A stretch of 64,000 bases of DNA from Candidatus Dormiibacterota bacterium (GCA_036570165.1 DATCPI010000116.1:28107-92106), one strand, 5' to 3'. Counted from the first letter of the stretch, positions 54,105 through 64,000 are shown. Numbers and translations: made by a program. Notes: generated from the letters alone by a model not told the origin.

Positions 54105-55441
54105 TGCTTCGAACAGATTCCTCATTACCAGTGCCGGAAGGCATCCGCCAGTCCGGTCTCATCAAACCAGGGGAGCGCGTGCTGGTGGCCGTGTCCGGAG
54201 GCCCGGATTCCACCGCCCTGGTTGTCGCCCTCAACGAGCTTGGGTGCAACGTGACGGCAGCGCATTTCGACCATGCGCTCCGCGACGGTTCGGAGCAAGT
54301 CGCGGAGCTGGTCGGCGCCATGTGCGTGAGGCTTGGCGTGGGACTGCTGAGCGAGCGTCGCCAGTCACCCATGCCGCGTGGCTCAGTACAGGCAGGCGCG
54401 CGCGTCCTTCGCTACGAGTTCCTGGAGCGTGCCCGCGTGGAGGCAGGCGCGGATGTCGTTGCGCTGGCTCACACCGCGGACGACCTGGTGGAGGGCGCCG
54501 TGCTGCACCTCATGCGTGGATGTGGATTCGCGGGCCTGCGTGGCATGCCGGCGAGCCGCGGCGCGTACGTACGGCCGATGCTGGCGGTCTGGAGAAAAGC
54601 GGTCATCGAATTCCTCGGCCAGCGTGGAGTCAGCGCCTACGAGGATCCGGCGAACGCGGACCTGAAGTACGCGCGCGCGCGCGTGCGACACCAGATCCTC
54701 CCCGCCCTCGAGCGAGACAGGCCCGGCATCGGCAGGCGGTTCTACGCGGCAGCGCGGCAGGCTTCCGCCATGCAGGAGGCGATCGAGAGCGCGGCCCGGC
54801 TTGTGCTCGGCGCCGGCATGCCCACGCCAGCCGAGGTGGCCGACCTGCCGGAACCAGTTGCTATTGAGCTGATGCGTTTTCTGTACTCGAACTCAGGCGG
54901 ATCGCAGCCGGGCCTGTCGCGATCACACCTGAGCTCGATGCTGCGTCTGGTCCGGGGCGGACCGGGTGGGCGAGGCGTCGACCTTCCTGACGGCCGGCGT
55001 TTTCGTATCGTGGGTCACCACATGGAAGTCGTCGCGCCGCCAAGCTCTCGTGCGCGAGGCAGCTCTGAGCCTCAGCTTGTGGTCAGACGCTGCAATGGCT
55101 GCGCCGATCCAAACGCGGCGCACCTGCGATCGGACCTTTCGCTGCATTTGGGATTCCGGCGGCCGGGATTGCGGATGCGGCCGGCCGGCGGCCGAGGTTC
55201 GCGCAAGCTGCAGGACATCCTGGTCGACGCCCGTGTTCCGCGTGAGGATCGCGACTCGTGGCCGCTGGTTTTCGCCGGAGAGAGACTTGCGTGGGTGCCC
55301 GGGATCGCAGTGGACGCCGACCTCGTCAGCGTTTCAGGCGTGGCATCCCAGCACGTCGCGATCTCGCCAATGCCGGACCGCTGGCAGCCAAAAATTGCTA
55401 GGCTAGGAACGCCCATCAGCCCTCGAGGAGAGTCGAGTTGA
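54104..55441 (+). CDS. tilS: tRNA(Ile)-lysidine synthase
   Basis: PP-loop [14 protein letters not shown], with ...[17 protein letters not shown] and a C-terminal substrate-binding region. The ATG at 54104 shares its A with the tRNA CCA end. The track ORF start (54023) runs through the tRNA. Confidence 0.85.
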   Translation: MLRTDSSLPVPEGIRQSGLIKPGERVLVAVSGGPDSTALVVALNELGCNVTAAHFDHALRDGSEQVAELVGAMCVRLGVGLLSERRQSPMPRGSVQAGARVLRYEFLERARVEAGADVVALAHTADDLVEGAVLHLMRGCGFAGLRGMPASRGAYVRPMLAVWRKAVIEFLGQRGVSAYEDPANADLKYARARVRHQILPALERDRPGIGRRFYAAARQASAMQEAIESAARLVLGAGMPTPAEVADLPEPVAIELMRFLYSNSGGSQPGLSRSHLSSMLRLVRGGPGGRGVDLPDGRRFRIVGHHMEVVAPPSSRARGSSEPQLVVRRCNGCADPNAAHLRSDLSLHLGFRRPGLRMRPAGGRGSRKLQDILVDARVPREDRDSWPLVFAGERLAWVPGIAVDADLVSVSGVASQHVAISPMPDRWQPKIARLGTPISPRGESS

Positions 55442-57285
55442 GTCGTTTCCCCCGCTCCAGCCTGTTTTATTTCGCACTGGTCGTCGTGCTCGGCCTCGTG
55501 TTCTACTTCACCTGGCAGTCGCTCCAGAGCGGCCAGAATGCCAACGACTGGCACTTCTCGACTCTGATGAGCAACGCGCAAAGCGGCGGAGTCAAATCGC
55601 TCGAGATCAACGGCACCGATGGAATTGCGACCGACACCTCGGGCAAAAAGCACAACGTCGTCCTGCCCGACCCGAACGGCAGCGCCCCGTGGCTCACCGA
55701 GCTTCAGAACCAGGACCACGTGGACGTCTGGTTGGACAAGAACAACAGCGGCAGCTATCTGGTCAGCGTGCTGCTCCCGAACATCATCCTCGTGATCTTG
55801 ATCGCCGCCTTCATGTGGTGGGTTCTCCGCCAGACGCAAAGCGGCAACAACCAGGCGATCTCCTTCGGACGCTCGCGCGCGCGTCTCATCGCGGGCGACA
55901 AGCCCGCCATCACATTCGCCGACGTCGCAGGCGTGGAGGAGGCGAAGCAGGAGTTGTCGGAGATCGTCGAGTTCCTGAAGTACCCCGAGAAGTTCGTCGC
56001 CCTCGGGGCGCGGATTCCGAAGGGAGTGCTCCTCGTTGGACCGCCCGGCACTGGTAAGACACTCCTGAGCAAGGCAGTGGCAGGCGAAGCGGGAGTGCCC
56101 TTCTTCTCGATCTCCGGTTCGGAGTTCGTCGAGATGTTCGTCGGTGTCGGCGCGAGCCGTGTCCGCGACCTGTTCGACCAGGCCAAGAAGAATTCGCCCT
56201 GCATCGTTTTCGTCGATGAGATCGACGCCGTCGGACGCCAGCGCGGCGCCGGCCTGGGCGGCGGCCACGATGAGCGCGAGCAGACCCTCAACCAGCTGCT
56301 CGTCGAGATGGATGGATTCGACACGAACACCCACGTGATCGTGATCGCGGCAACGAACCGGCCGGACGTGCTCGACCCGGCTCTCCTACGACCGGGTCGT
56401 TTTGACCGCCACGTCACCCTCGACCGGCCGGACATCAAGGGGCGCCGCGCGATTCTGGACGTGCACGCACGCAACAAGCCGCTGGATTCGACGGTCGACC
56501 TCGATGTGCTCGCGCGCCAGACGCCCGGCTTCAGCGGCGCCGACCTGGCCAACCTGATCAACGAGGCGGCCATTCTTGCCGCGCGCGCCAACCAGAAGGT
56601 GATCGGGATGATCCAGCTCGAGGAGGCGATCGCGAGGGTGATCGCAGGCCCCGAGCGCAAGAGCCGGCGCATCTCAGACCGCGAAAAAGAAATCATCGCC
56701 TACCACGAGGTCGGCCACGCGCTGGTCATGAAGGCCCTTCCTCACACCGACCCGGTGCACAAGATTTCGATCATCTCGAGAGGCATGGCGCTGGGCTGGA
56801 CGCTGAGCCTGCCTGAGGAGGACAAGTACCTCATCTCGCGGGACGAGCTGATGGACCAGATCGCCGGGATCATGGGCGGCAGGGTGGCGGAGGAGATCGT
56901 CTTCGGCGACATCACGTCCGGGGCCGAGAACGACATTCAGAAGGCAACGCAGATGGCCCGGAGGATGGTGACCCAGTGGGGCATGTCGGACAAGCTGGGC
57001 AACGTTTCGATGGGTCACCACGAAGAGCTCGTCTTCCTCGGTCGTGACCTCGGCGAGCAGAGGAACTACTCCGAAGAGGTGGCGGCCATCATCGACGAAG
57101 AGATCCGCAGCATCGTCAACCATGGCTACCAGACAGCGAAGGCGATCCTCACGCAGCAGCGCCACAAGATGGACGTGGTGGTCGAAAAGCTGAAGGTGGT
57201 CGAGACGCTCGACGGCAAGGAGCTGGACGAGCTCCTGGCCCGCGAGGCTCCCGAAGCGCCCGCCGCCAGCTCAACCGCCTCCTAG
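55438..57285 (+). CDS. ftsH: ATP-dependent zinc metalloprotease FtsH
   Basis: Two TM segments, [22 protein letters not shown] region [20 protein letters not shown], and zinc site HEVGHAL. TTG start overlaps the tilS stop. Confidence 0.95.
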   Translation: MSRFPRSSLFYFALVVVLGLVFYFTWQSLQSGQNANDWHFSTLMSNAQSGGVKSLEINGTDGIATDTSGKKHNVVLPDPNGSAPWLTELQNQDHVDVWLDKNNSGSYLVSVLLPNIILVILIAAFMWWVLRQTQSGNNQAISFGRSRARLIAGDKPAITFADVAGVEEAKQELSEIVEFLKYPEKFVALGARIPKGVLLVGPPGTGKTLLSKAVAGEAGVPFFSISGSEFVEMFVGVGASRVRDLFDQAKKNSPCIVFVDEIDAVGRQRGAGLGGGHDEREQTLNQLLVEMDGFDTNTHVIVIAATNRPDVLDPALLRPGRFDRHVTLDRPDIKGRRAILDVHARNKPLDSTVDLDVLARQTPGFSGADLANLINEAAILAARANQKVIGMIQLEEAIARVIAGPERKSRRISDREKEIIAYHEVGHALVMKALPHTDPVHKISIISRGMALGWTLSLPEEDKYLISRDELMDQIAGIMGGRVAEEIVFGDITSGAENDIQKATQMARRMVTQWGMSDKLGNVSMGHHEELVFLGRDLGEQRNYSEEVAAIIDEEIRSIVNHGYQTAKAILTQQRHKMDVVVEKLKVVETLDGKELDELLAREAPEAPAASSTAS

Positions 57286-57304
57286 CACGCCAGCGCCTCA
57301 GCCG

Positions 57305-58177
57305 CTGTTCGTCGCCGGCCGCGGCAACCTGGGCCGCACGCTGGCAACGGCGTTCAATTCCGCCGGGCATCCGGCTCTGCTCACGCCCGCTCGGAGAGGC
57401 CTCCCGGGTCTGATCCGCAGCCTGGAATCGCTTCCCAACGCGATAGTTTTCCTGGCCGTTCCTGACGACGCGCTATTGACCGTCGCCGGCCGTTTGGCTG
57501 GGACGGGCGGGCGGATCCCGGGGACGGTCGCGTTCGTGCACCTCAGCGGCGCCCAGCAGCTGAACGCCCTCGATCCCCTAGGAGTGAGTCACCCCGTCGG
57601 CTCGTTCCATCCCCTGCAGTCCTTCCCGGAACCGCGCCCGCCGGCCTCGCTGCACGGCGTCGTGGTCGGAGTCGACGCGAGCACCGCAGCGCTGCTGCGT
57701 CGCCTCGCCAGCCTGGCTCGCGCCCTGGGCGCCCGGCCCAAGCAGGTGAGCGACAGCCAGCGGGCGCTGTACCACGCGGCGGCGGTGTTTGCTTCGAACT
57801 ACGTCGACGTCTTGCTGGGCACCGCGGTCAGGCTGCTCCAGCTTGCTGGTTGGAGTGAGAAGGAGGCGGTCTCCGGACTGCTTCCCCTGACAGAAGGTGT
57901 GCTTACGACATTGCACAGGCGCGGCCCGGTCCAGGCGCTGACTGGACCGGTTCGGCGAGGTGACGTCCACACTGTCGAGCGCCACCTGGCCGCGCTCAGC
58001 AAGCTCGCCGGCTCGGCCAGGTCGCGTTCCGCGCCGCCGGTCGCCGACCAATACCGTATGCTCGGATTGATCGCGCTCGAGATCGCAGTGGAGGCGGGCC
58101 TTGAGCCTGCGGCGGCGGAGCGGATGCAAAGGGCGTTGACCCAAGCGGCAGCGACCCGAAGGAGACTCCGGCCATGA
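57305..58177 (+). CDS. Rossmann-like + DUF2520 domain protein (putative oxidoreductase of the pantothenate cluster); non-canonical start
   Basis: LFVAGRGNLGRTLATAFNSAGH (GxGxxG) is in frame upstream of the track ORF, but no ATG/GTG/TTG exists between TGA 57191 and TTG 57476. CTG 57305 is taken provisionally. The DUF2520-like C-terminus is ...SQRALYHAAAVFASNYVDVLL...TGPVRRGD. Confidence 0.6.
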   Translation: MFVAGRGNLGRTLATAFNSAGHPALLTPARRGLPGLIRSLESLPNAIVFLAVPDDALLTVAGRLAGTGGRIPGTVAFVHLSGAQQLNALDPLGVSHPVGSFHPLQSFPEPRPPASLHGVVVGVDASTAALLRRLASLARALGARPKQVSDSQRALYHAAAVFASNYVDVLLGTAVRLLQLAGWSEKEAVSGLLPLTEGVLTTLHRRGPVQALTGPVRRGDVHTVERHLAALSKLAGSARSRSAPPVADQYRMLGLIALEIAVEAGLEPAAAERMQRALTQAAATRRRLRP

Positions 58178-59031
58178 CGACGGTTCTGGACGTTCAGCGA
58201 TTCAAGGACGAGCATCGTCGCTTCCCGATGATCACGGCGTATGACTATCTGAGCGCACGGATCCTCGACGAGGCGGGCATTCCGATCCTGCTTGTCGGGG
58301 ACAGTTTGGCGATGGTCATGCTCGGCTACTCGACCACGTTGCCCGTGACTCTCGACGAGATGATCCACCACGCCAAGGCGGTGGCTCGGGGTTCCCGCCA
58401 GGCGCTGCTGGTGGGCGACCTGCCGTTCATGTCCTACCACGTTTCGATCGAGCAGGCGATCGCCAGCGCCGGACGTTTTCTCCAGGAAGGCGGCATGCAC
58501 GCCGTCAAGCTGGAAGGCGGCGGACCCAGCGTCGAGATCACCCGCCGCCTGACCGAGCTCGGCATTCCGGTCATCGGTCACCTTGGCCTCACACCCCAGT
58601 TCATCCATCAGATGGGTGGATTCAAAGTCCAGGGCAAGAGCCAGGCCCAGGCCGCTCGCATCCTCGCCGACGCCAAAGAGCTCGAGCAGGCCGGCGCGTT
58701 CAGCATCGTGCTGGAGGGAATGCCCGGCGAGCTTGCGAGCCGCGTCACGCAGGCGCTACGAATTCCCACGATCGGCATCGGCGCGGGTGCCGGAACCGAC
58801 GGCCAGGTGCTGGTCTACCACGACCTGCTCGGGCTGACGACAGGCAAGGCGCCGAAGTTCGTCAAGCGATACGCCAACCTCGCCGAGGACATCGGGAACG
58901 CCGTCCAGCGTTACGCTCGCGAAGTGGCGAGCGGCGAGTTTCCGGGACCCGAACACGTTTACTCGGCCAATGGCGCGGCGCCGGCGACGAGCACTGGAGA
59001 CAGAGAAGAGGTCAAGTACGGCGCCGGATAG
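58174..59031 (+). CDS. panB: 3-methyl-2-oxobutanoate hydroxymethyltransferase
   Basis: MITAYDY, LLVGDSLAMV, VKLEGG and GHLGLTPQ motifs. ATGA overlap upstream. Confidence 0.95.
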   Translation: MTTVLDVQRFKDEHRRFPMITAYDYLSARILDEAGIPILLVGDSLAMVMLGYSTTLPVTLDEMIHHAKAVARGSRQALLVGDLPFMSYHVSIEQAIASAGRFLQEGGMHAVKLEGGGPSVEITRRLTELGIPVIGHLGLTPQFIHQMGGFKVQGKSQAQAARILADAKELEQAGAFSIVLEGMPGELASRVTQALRIPTIGIGAGAGTDGQVLVYHDLLGLTTGKAPKFVKRYANLAEDIGNAVQRYAREVASGEFPGPEHVYSANGAAPATSTGDREEVKYGAG

Positions 59032-59062
59032 CCATCTCGCCGTCTTCGACAATCCCGGCACG

Positions 59063-59878
59063 ATGCTCGAGGTGTCGCGGCTGTGGCACCGCGACGGCCT
59101 CGACATCGGGCTAGTGCCCACGATGGGGGCGCTCCACGCCGGACATCTCAGCCTGGTGCGCGAAGCCCGTCGCAAGAACGGGATCGTTATCGTCAGCATC
59201 TTCGTGAACCCGATCCAGTTCGGGCCGGGTGAGGATTTCTCGCGCTACCCGAGGGATGTGGATCGTGACCTAGACCTCCTGCGGCGGGCAGGGATCGACG
59301 CCATCTACCGGCCGTCTGTGGACGTGATGTATCCGCCCGGATCGAGCACTCGGATTCACGTCTCCGGCGTGTCGGAGCCACTCGAGGGCGCGGCCCGCCC
59401 TGGGCACTTCGAAGGCGTTGCCACCGTGGTCACCAAGCTCTTTGCCGCCGTCGAGCCCGACCAGGCGTATTTCGGCCAGAAGGACGCCCAGCAGGTGGCT
59501 GTCGTGAAACGGATGACGCACGACCTGGATTCGCCGGTGCAGATCTGGGTGTGCCCGACGGTTCGGGAACCAGACGGTCTGGCCCTCAGCTCGCGGAACG
59601 CCTACCTGAGCACCCAGGAGCGCGAGGCGGCTGTCTGCCTGAGCTCGGCCCTGCGGCTTGCCGCCGAGGCATATTCGAAGGGCGAACGCCAGCCGGAACA
59701 GCTTCGGAAGGTGCTTTGGGCCAGGCTCGAAACCGAACCGCTGGCGAAGGTCGACTATGCCGAGCTAGTCGATCCCGAGACGTTCAGGAGCCCGGGAACG
59801 CTCGCCGTGCTTGCCGTCCGGATCGGAGGCACCCGGTTGATCGACAACCATGATCTCTCGAATCGTCTTCCGGGTTAG
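59063..59878 (+). CDS. panC: Pantoate--beta-alanine ligase
   Basis: LVPTMGALHAGHLSLV, SIFVNPIQFG and FGQKDAQQ motifs. Start is uncertain: ATG 59063, or ATG 58970 with a 62-nt overlap of panB. Confidence 0.9.
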   Translation: MLEVSRLWHRDGLDIGLVPTMGALHAGHLSLVREARRKNGIVIVSIFVNPIQFGPGEDFSRYPRDVDRDLDLLRRAGIDAIYRPSVDVMYPPGSSTRIHVSGVSEPLEGAARPGHFEGVATVVTKLFAAVEPDQAYFGQKDAQQVAVVKRMTHDLDSPVQIWVCPTVREPDGLALSSRNAYLSTQEREAAVCLSSALRLAAEAYSKGERQPEQLRKVLWARLETEPLAKVDYAELVDPETFRSPGTLAVLAVRIGGTRLIDNHDLSNRLPG

Positions 59879-59970
59879 CCTGAAGGTTCTGCGTTACACT
59901 GTGAGTTCGTATTGGCGGAGGCCGTTATGACGACCAACACCACATCAATAACTCTTAGGGGGTACGTCCG

Positions 59971-61164
59971 TTGTCCAATGAGTCTGGTGTTGTCCTGACC
60001 GAACCGAAGGAGGGGACCGAAGACTCAGCTTACGCGATGACCATGGAGGACTACCTCCACTACGAGGCGGAGGCCTTCAAGACCCCCAACCACGGGGACA
60101 TCGTGGATGGGATCGTGGTCCGCGTCGACGCGGACGAGGTCCTGGTCGACATCGGGGCCAAGGCCGAGGGTGTCATTTCGAGCAAAGAGCTGGGCCTGCG
60201 CGGCGACCTGGATTCGATCGGGCTTGTGGCCGGCGACCAGATCAAGGTCTACGTCCTCCAGCCGGAGAACGACGAGGGCAACGTGGTCCTCAGCCTGCGC
60301 CGGGCGCGAGCGGAGACCACGTGGATCGTCGCCGCGGAGAAGCAGGCCGACGGCTCGGTCATCGACGCGGACGTACGCGAGCAGAACAAGGGCGGCCTGA
60401 TCGTCAACATCCTTGGACTTCGAGGGTTTTTGCCTTCAAGCCAGGTGGCGCGGGCGTACGCGGGCAGCCTGGAGTCGCTGGTCAGCCAGCGGATCCCGGT
60501 GAAGATCCTCGAGGTCAACCGGAAGCGCAACCGGCTGATCGTCAGCCAGAAGGCTGCCGAAGATGAGGATCGCGCGCGCAAGCGCGAAGAGCTCTTCAGC
60601 CGGCTCCAGACGGGGACCACGGTCAAGGGCACTGTGTCCGGAATCACCAGCTACGGAGCGTTCGTGGACATCGGTGGCGCGGACGGGCTGATTCACATCT
60701 CCGAGCTGTCGTGGGACCGGGTCTCCAAGGTCACGGATGTCCTGCAACTGGGCGATGAGGTCACCGTGAAGGTGATCAAGCTCGACCCGGAGCAGACGCG
60801 CATCTCACTTTCCCTGCGGCAGCTGCAGCAGGACCCGTGGGAGAGGCTCGTGCAGTCGATGCCGATCGGCTCGATCGTGGAAGGCCAGGTCACGAAGACC
60901 AAGAAGTACGGGGCCTTCCTCCAGATCATGCCCGGGATCGAGGGCCTTCTCCACATCTCGGAGCTCTCGTGGGCCCACGTGGAGCGGACAGAGGACGTGC
61001 TCAAGGTAGGGGAGACGCTGCAGGTGAAGGTGATCGGAATCGACACCGCGCGCCGCCGCATCTCGCTCAGCCTGAAGCAGCTCTCGGCTCCGCCGGCCAC
61101 CCTCGCCAACGGGCACTCCGAGCGGCGGCCGAACGAGTACGACGAGACAGAGGACGAGACCTAG
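59971..61164 (+). CDS. rpsA: 30S ribosomal protein S1 (four S1 domains)
   Basis: Repeated S1 motifs (GDIVDGIVVRV..., GLIVNILGLRGFLPSSQ, GTVSGITSYGAFVDIGGADGLIHISEL, GQVTKTKKYGAFLQIMPGIEGLLHISEL). TTG start 8 nt after AGGGGG. Confidence 0.9.
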   Translation: MSNESGVVLTEPKEGTEDSAYAMTMEDYLHYEAEAFKTPNHGDIVDGIVVRVDADEVLVDIGAKAEGVISSKELGLRGDLDSIGLVAGDQIKVYVLQPENDEGNVVLSLRRARAETTWIVAAEKQADGSVIDADVREQNKGGLIVNILGLRGFLPSSQVARAYAGSLESLVSQRIPVKILEVNRKRNRLIVSQKAAEDEDRARKREELFSRLQTGTTVKGTVSGITSYGAFVDIGGADGLIHISELSWDRVSKVTDVLQLGDEVTVKVIKLDPEQTRISLSLRQLQQDPWERLVQSMPIGSIVEGQVTKTKKYGAFLQIMPGIEGLLHISELSWAHVERTEDVLKVGETLQVKVIGIDTARRRISLSLKQLSAPPATLANGHSERRPNEYDETEDET

Positions 61165-61230
61165 CTCTATCCCGGTAGCTTCGTCTTTACAGCCAGGCTT
61201 GTTTTTTGTTCGCCCGCCTGCTTGAGTTGA

Positions 61231-61289
61231 AAGCGGCAGGTGTTGGTCGGCTCGGGGGAGGGGAGGGCCCGACGGGCCAGCTGCCGCTT
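61231..61289. terminator. Long GC-rich hairpin between convergent rpsA and the O-antigen-ligase-like gene
   Basis: AAGCGGCAG (61231-61239) pairs with CTGCCGCTT (61281-61289), with inner GTCGG/CCGAC pairing. It lacks a clean U-tract, so its function as a terminator is inferred only. Confidence 0.35.
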
Positions 61290-62875
61290 CAGCTTCCCAG
61301 GGCCGCGAGGCGCTGCTTCGCCGGAGCGTAATAAGGATCGATCTCGAGGGCCCTTTGATAGTGCCGGCGCGCGTCGGCCGTTCGGCCCAGCTCCGCCTCG
61401 CGGTCGCCAAGCTCGACGTAAAGGCTGGGATCGGTCTCGCCGAGGTCGGCCGCGCGCCTCATCTCGTCCACCCCTCGCTCTACCGAGCCTTGGGCTACGA
61501 GGCCCTGCCCGAGCGCCCAGTGATAGCGCGACTGAAGCGGATCCACGACCACCGACAGATCGACCCTCCCCTGCCGGTACCACACGTCGGCCAGCAGCGG
61601 AAACGCTGCAAGCCCAATCGCAAGTAGGGCCAGACCAATCGCCACGCCAGTGCGCCAGAACGCCGGACCGGGCGTCGCCGGAGCAGCCGCAACAGAATTG
61701 CTGCCTGCATCGGATTCGGCAGCTCGGACCGCCGACCATGCTGTGCCGGCCAGGAGCCAGAAGACCCCGGTGGCCGGAGCCCAGTCGAAGTTGAAGACAA
61801 CCCATACGGTGTAGCCGATGCAGGCTGCGGTCAGCGCTCCGACGTCGCCGGCGAAGCGCCAGCGCCATGTGCCGCGGAACAGGATCACCAGGACCAAGCC
61901 GATCGTCGCCAGGCCGAGGATGCCCTGCGTGGCCGCGGTTTCGAGTATCCCGGAGTGGGTTCGGTCGTAGATGATTCCAGGCGCCCAATCAGCGCTGACG
62001 AAGCGCCCAAACGCCAGGCCGGTCGCATCCTCGCCCCAGCCGGTCACGGGTCGTGTAGCGATCATGCGAAGCGCGTCGGGCCACAGCTGGAGCCGGCTTC
62101 GTGCCGGATCGTTGTTGAGGAGGCTGAGCGGGCCGAGCACGATCAGCCATAAGCCCGCCAACAGCAACCCGCTGGACACAATGGCCGACGTGGCCACCCA
62201 GAGCCGGCGTCGAAACGCAAAAACAGCCAGGGCCAGGCAGCCCGCAAGCGCACCCAATCCACCGCTGCGGGAGGTTGACACCACGAGTCCGCCCGCCATC
62301 ACTGCCGCGCCCAGCCACCACGCCACGACGAAACGGTCACCCCGAAAACCACGTGCGACCGCGAGTGGGAATCCCACGGCGATCAATGCGCCGAGAAGGT
62401 TGGCGTTCCCGGTGTTCCCGTCAGGCCGAAAGCTGACCCCGGCGGCAGACTGCATCAGCGCTTCAAGGCTGACGACAGTGGTACCGAAAACGAAGGCCGG
62501 AACCACCCAGTTTCGCGGCCGCGAATCCCGCAAGAGCCACACCGGAACCGCAAGCAGTCCGAGATAGCCGAGACGAACCGGAAGCGACTCGTAGCGCGAA
62601 TACGAGCCGGCGAAGCTTAAAGGCCAGGAGATCGAGAAAACGAAGGCCAGGATTGCCGCCCCAGCTGCTGCGAAAAGCGGCCACCGGAGCCTTCCCAATC
62701 CAGGGCCGCCGGGCGCCAATAGAGCCACACCGGCGCCGAGGCAGGCGCCCACGATCACGATCGAGGCACGAGGCAGGATGAATTCATCCACCAGGTTGGG
62801 TATAAAGACGATCGGAAGGGCCAGGGCGATGGCCGCGGGGAGATAACCACCGAGGCGTCCGAGAAGGGGCCTCAT
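61289..62875 (-). CDS. O-antigen ligase/polymerase-like (Wzy_C-type) polytopic membrane protein with C-terminal TPR repeats
   Basis: About 11 TM segments with a central periplasmic loop (…SRLQLWPDALRMIATRPVTGWGEDA…). C-terminal TPR-like ...DARRHYQRALEIDPYYAPA. ATG 62875 is preceded by GGAGG. Confidence 0.7.
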   Translation of the reverse strand: MRPLLGRLGGYLPAAIALALPIVFIPNLVDEFILPRASIVIVGACLGAGVALLAPGGPGLGRLRWPLFAAAGAAILAFVFSISWPLSFAGSYSRYESLPVRLGYLGLLAVPVWLLRDSRPRNWVVPAFVFGTTVVSLEALMQSAAGVSFRPDGNTGNANLLGALIAVGFPLAVARGFRGDRFVVAWWLGAAVMAGGLVVSTSRSGGLGALAGCLALAVFAFRRRLWVATSAIVSSGLLLAGLWLIVLGPLSLLNNDPARSRLQLWPDALRMIATRPVTGWGEDATGLAFGRFVSADWAPGIIYDRTHSGILETAATQGILGLATIGLVLVILFRGTWRWRFAGDVGALTAACIGYTVWVVFNFDWAPATGVFWLLAGTAWSAVRAAESDAGSNSVAAAPATPGPAFWRTGVAIGLALLAIGLAAFPLLADVWYRQGRVDLSVVVDPLQSRYHWALGQGLVAQGSVERGVDEMRRAADLGETDPSLYVELGDREAELGRTADARRHYQRALEIDPYYAPAKQRLAALGS

Positions 62876-63012
62876 CGCGCCTCCAGCTAAAGGAAAGCTA
62901 CCGGTCGACTTGGACGTTATATTAGGTGTGGAGGTACCGGCGGGTACCAAAGCAAACGTTGGAGGAGGTGCTGGCCCCACCCTAGACGTAGGAATCCCAG
63001 GAGGAAAGAACC

Positions 63013-64000
63013 TTGTATCCGTTTGAGAGATTTACTGAGCGAGCCAAGAAGGTTTTGACTCTCGCTCAAGAAGAAGCAGAACGATCGCACCACAGCTACA
63101 TAGGCACCGAACACTTGCTCCTGGGCTTGCTCCGTGAGGGTGAAGGCCTGGCTGCCAAGGTTCTCAACAACCTTGGCGTGGAAATCGGGAAGGTCCGCCA
63201 GACCATCGAATCTGTTCTAGGTCGCAACGAGCGGATCATCATCCAGCAGATCATCCCAACGTCGCGTGTGAAGAAGGTGATCGAGATCTCCTTCGAAGAA
63301 GCGCGCCGGATGGGTCACAACTACGTCGGCACCGAGCACCTCTTGCTGGGGCTTTTGATCGAGGGCGAAGGCATCGCCGCTCATGTTCTCGAGGACCTGG
63401 GCGCCACGCTCGAAAAGGTCCGGTCCGAGATCGAGCGTCTGCTCCACGACTCGAGCGCGGAGACAGAGGCCGAGCCCGCTCCGAAGAAGCCATCGAAGAC
63501 GCCTCTGCTCGACCAGTTCGGTCGCGACCTCACTGAGCTCGCCCGCCGGAATCAGCTCGATCCGGTCATCGGGCGCGAGACTGAGATCGAGCGCGTCATC
63601 CAGATCCTGAGCCGCCGAACCAAGAACAACCCGGCCCTCATCGGCGAGCCTGGCGTGGGCAAGACCGCGATCGCCGAGGGTCTGGCGCAGCAGATCATCC
63701 AGGGCAACGTCCCTGAGTCGCTGCAGCACAAGCGCGTGCTGACTCTCGACATGGGCGCCCTGGTCGCAGGCACCAAGTACCGCGGCGAGTTCGAGGAGCG
63801 GCTCAAGAAGATCCTCGACGAGATCCGGTCGAGCCGTGAGGTGGTGCTCTTCATCGACGAGCTTCACACTCTCGTCGGTGCCGGCGCGGCCGAAGGCGCA
63901 ATCGACGCCGCCAACATCCTCAAGCCGGCTCTGGCTCGTGGAGAGATCCAGTGCATCGGCGCGACGACCCTGAACGAATACCGCAAGTACATCGAGAAGG
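63013..64000 (+). CDS. clpC: ATP-dependent Clp protease ATP-binding subunit ClpC (3' end runs off the window)
   Basis: Own translation from TTG 63013 (GGAGGAAAG upstream): [40 protein letters not shown], a second Clp_N repeat, then [10 protein letters not shown] (Walker A) and LFIDELH. Not in the track because it is edge-truncated. Confidence 0.9.
   Translation, partial: MYPFERFTERAKKVLTLAQEEAERSHHSYIGTEHLLLGLLREGEGLAAKVLNNLGVEIGKVRQTIESVLGRNERIIIQQIIPTSRVKKVIEISFEEARRMGHNYVGTEHLLLGLLIEGEGIAAHVLEDLGATLEKVRSEIERLLHDSSAETEAEPAPKKPSKTPLLDQFGRDLTELARRNQLDPVIGRETEIERVIQILSRRTKNNPALIGEPGVGKTAIAEGLAQQIIQGNVPESLQHKRVLTLDMGALVAGTKYRGEFEERLKKILDEIRSSREVVLFIDELHTLVGAGAAEGAIDAANILKPALARGEIQCIGATTLNEYRKYIEK

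Noticed and set aside
58970-59062. Longer panC start at ATG 58970
   Set aside because: It would overlap panB by 62 nt, and the extra residues (MARRRRRALETEKR...) look like out-of-frame panB sequence. However, the conserved N-terminal helix (LAVFDNPGT) lies between the two candidate starts, so the true start remains uncertain.
1-64000. Prophage, integrative element, IS, toxin-antitoxin or known defence system
   Set aside because: I recognised no integrase, transposase, recombinase, phage structural, restriction-modification, Cas, toxin or antitoxin signatures in any of the six frames I inspected. The tRNA genes are followed by housekeeping genes, not by an integrase.

Overview
This is a GC-rich bacterial chromosomal window (by eye about two-thirds G+C, not computed) with many GTG/TTG starts and frequent 1-4 nt start/stop overlaps. 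Gene content suggests a high-GC Terrabacteria-type lineage (Actinomycetota, Chloroflexota or Dormibacterota-like), but the phylum cannot be fixed from this sequence. I support about 58 protein genes and 2 tRNAs.

Most of the window is housekeeping:
- dxs, pepA, trxB, a Mrp/NBP35 gene, and the nrtR-nadC-nadA-nadB operon
- lepA, then hemW-hrcA-grpE-dnaJ with a CIRCE operator
- ybeY, pth-mfd-mazG-ftsB-like, an initiator-type tRNA, tRNA(CAU)-tilS-ftsH
- DUF2520-panB-panC, rpsA and clpC (3' truncated)

A large cyclase/STAND-ATPase/TPR gene runs off the left edge and is therefore missing from the ORF track. I saw no transposase, integrase, CRISPR array or recognisable defence gene.

The accessory-looking part is 32.1-47.8 kb:
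- a PAS/GAF/GGDEF/EAL protein
- rmlD bracketed by two copies of a ~160-nt hairpin-rich repeat
- a translationally coupled five-gene operon (36888-44125): a tandem BldC-like HTH protein, a processive-type GT2 synthase, a 194-aa mini exosortase/archaeosortase-like protein, a flippase-like/GT4 fusion, and a GT-C-like membrane protein. The GT2 C-terminus carries an extracytoplasmic domain and a PEP-CTERM-like tail (VPES-TM-RRKR).

This operon is my main novelty candidate. Secondary observations:
- a tRNA(CAU) whose CCA end overlaps the tilS start codon
- a recurrent stop-codon-embedded motif TAGAGG(C/T)GCGGCC and related palindromic intergenic elements
- a DUF2520 gene with no canonical start codon for its Rossmann N-terminus
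- a 27-aa highly basic micro-ORF between the two tRNAs

All functional calls come from motif and pattern recognition on the translations. No database search was run.
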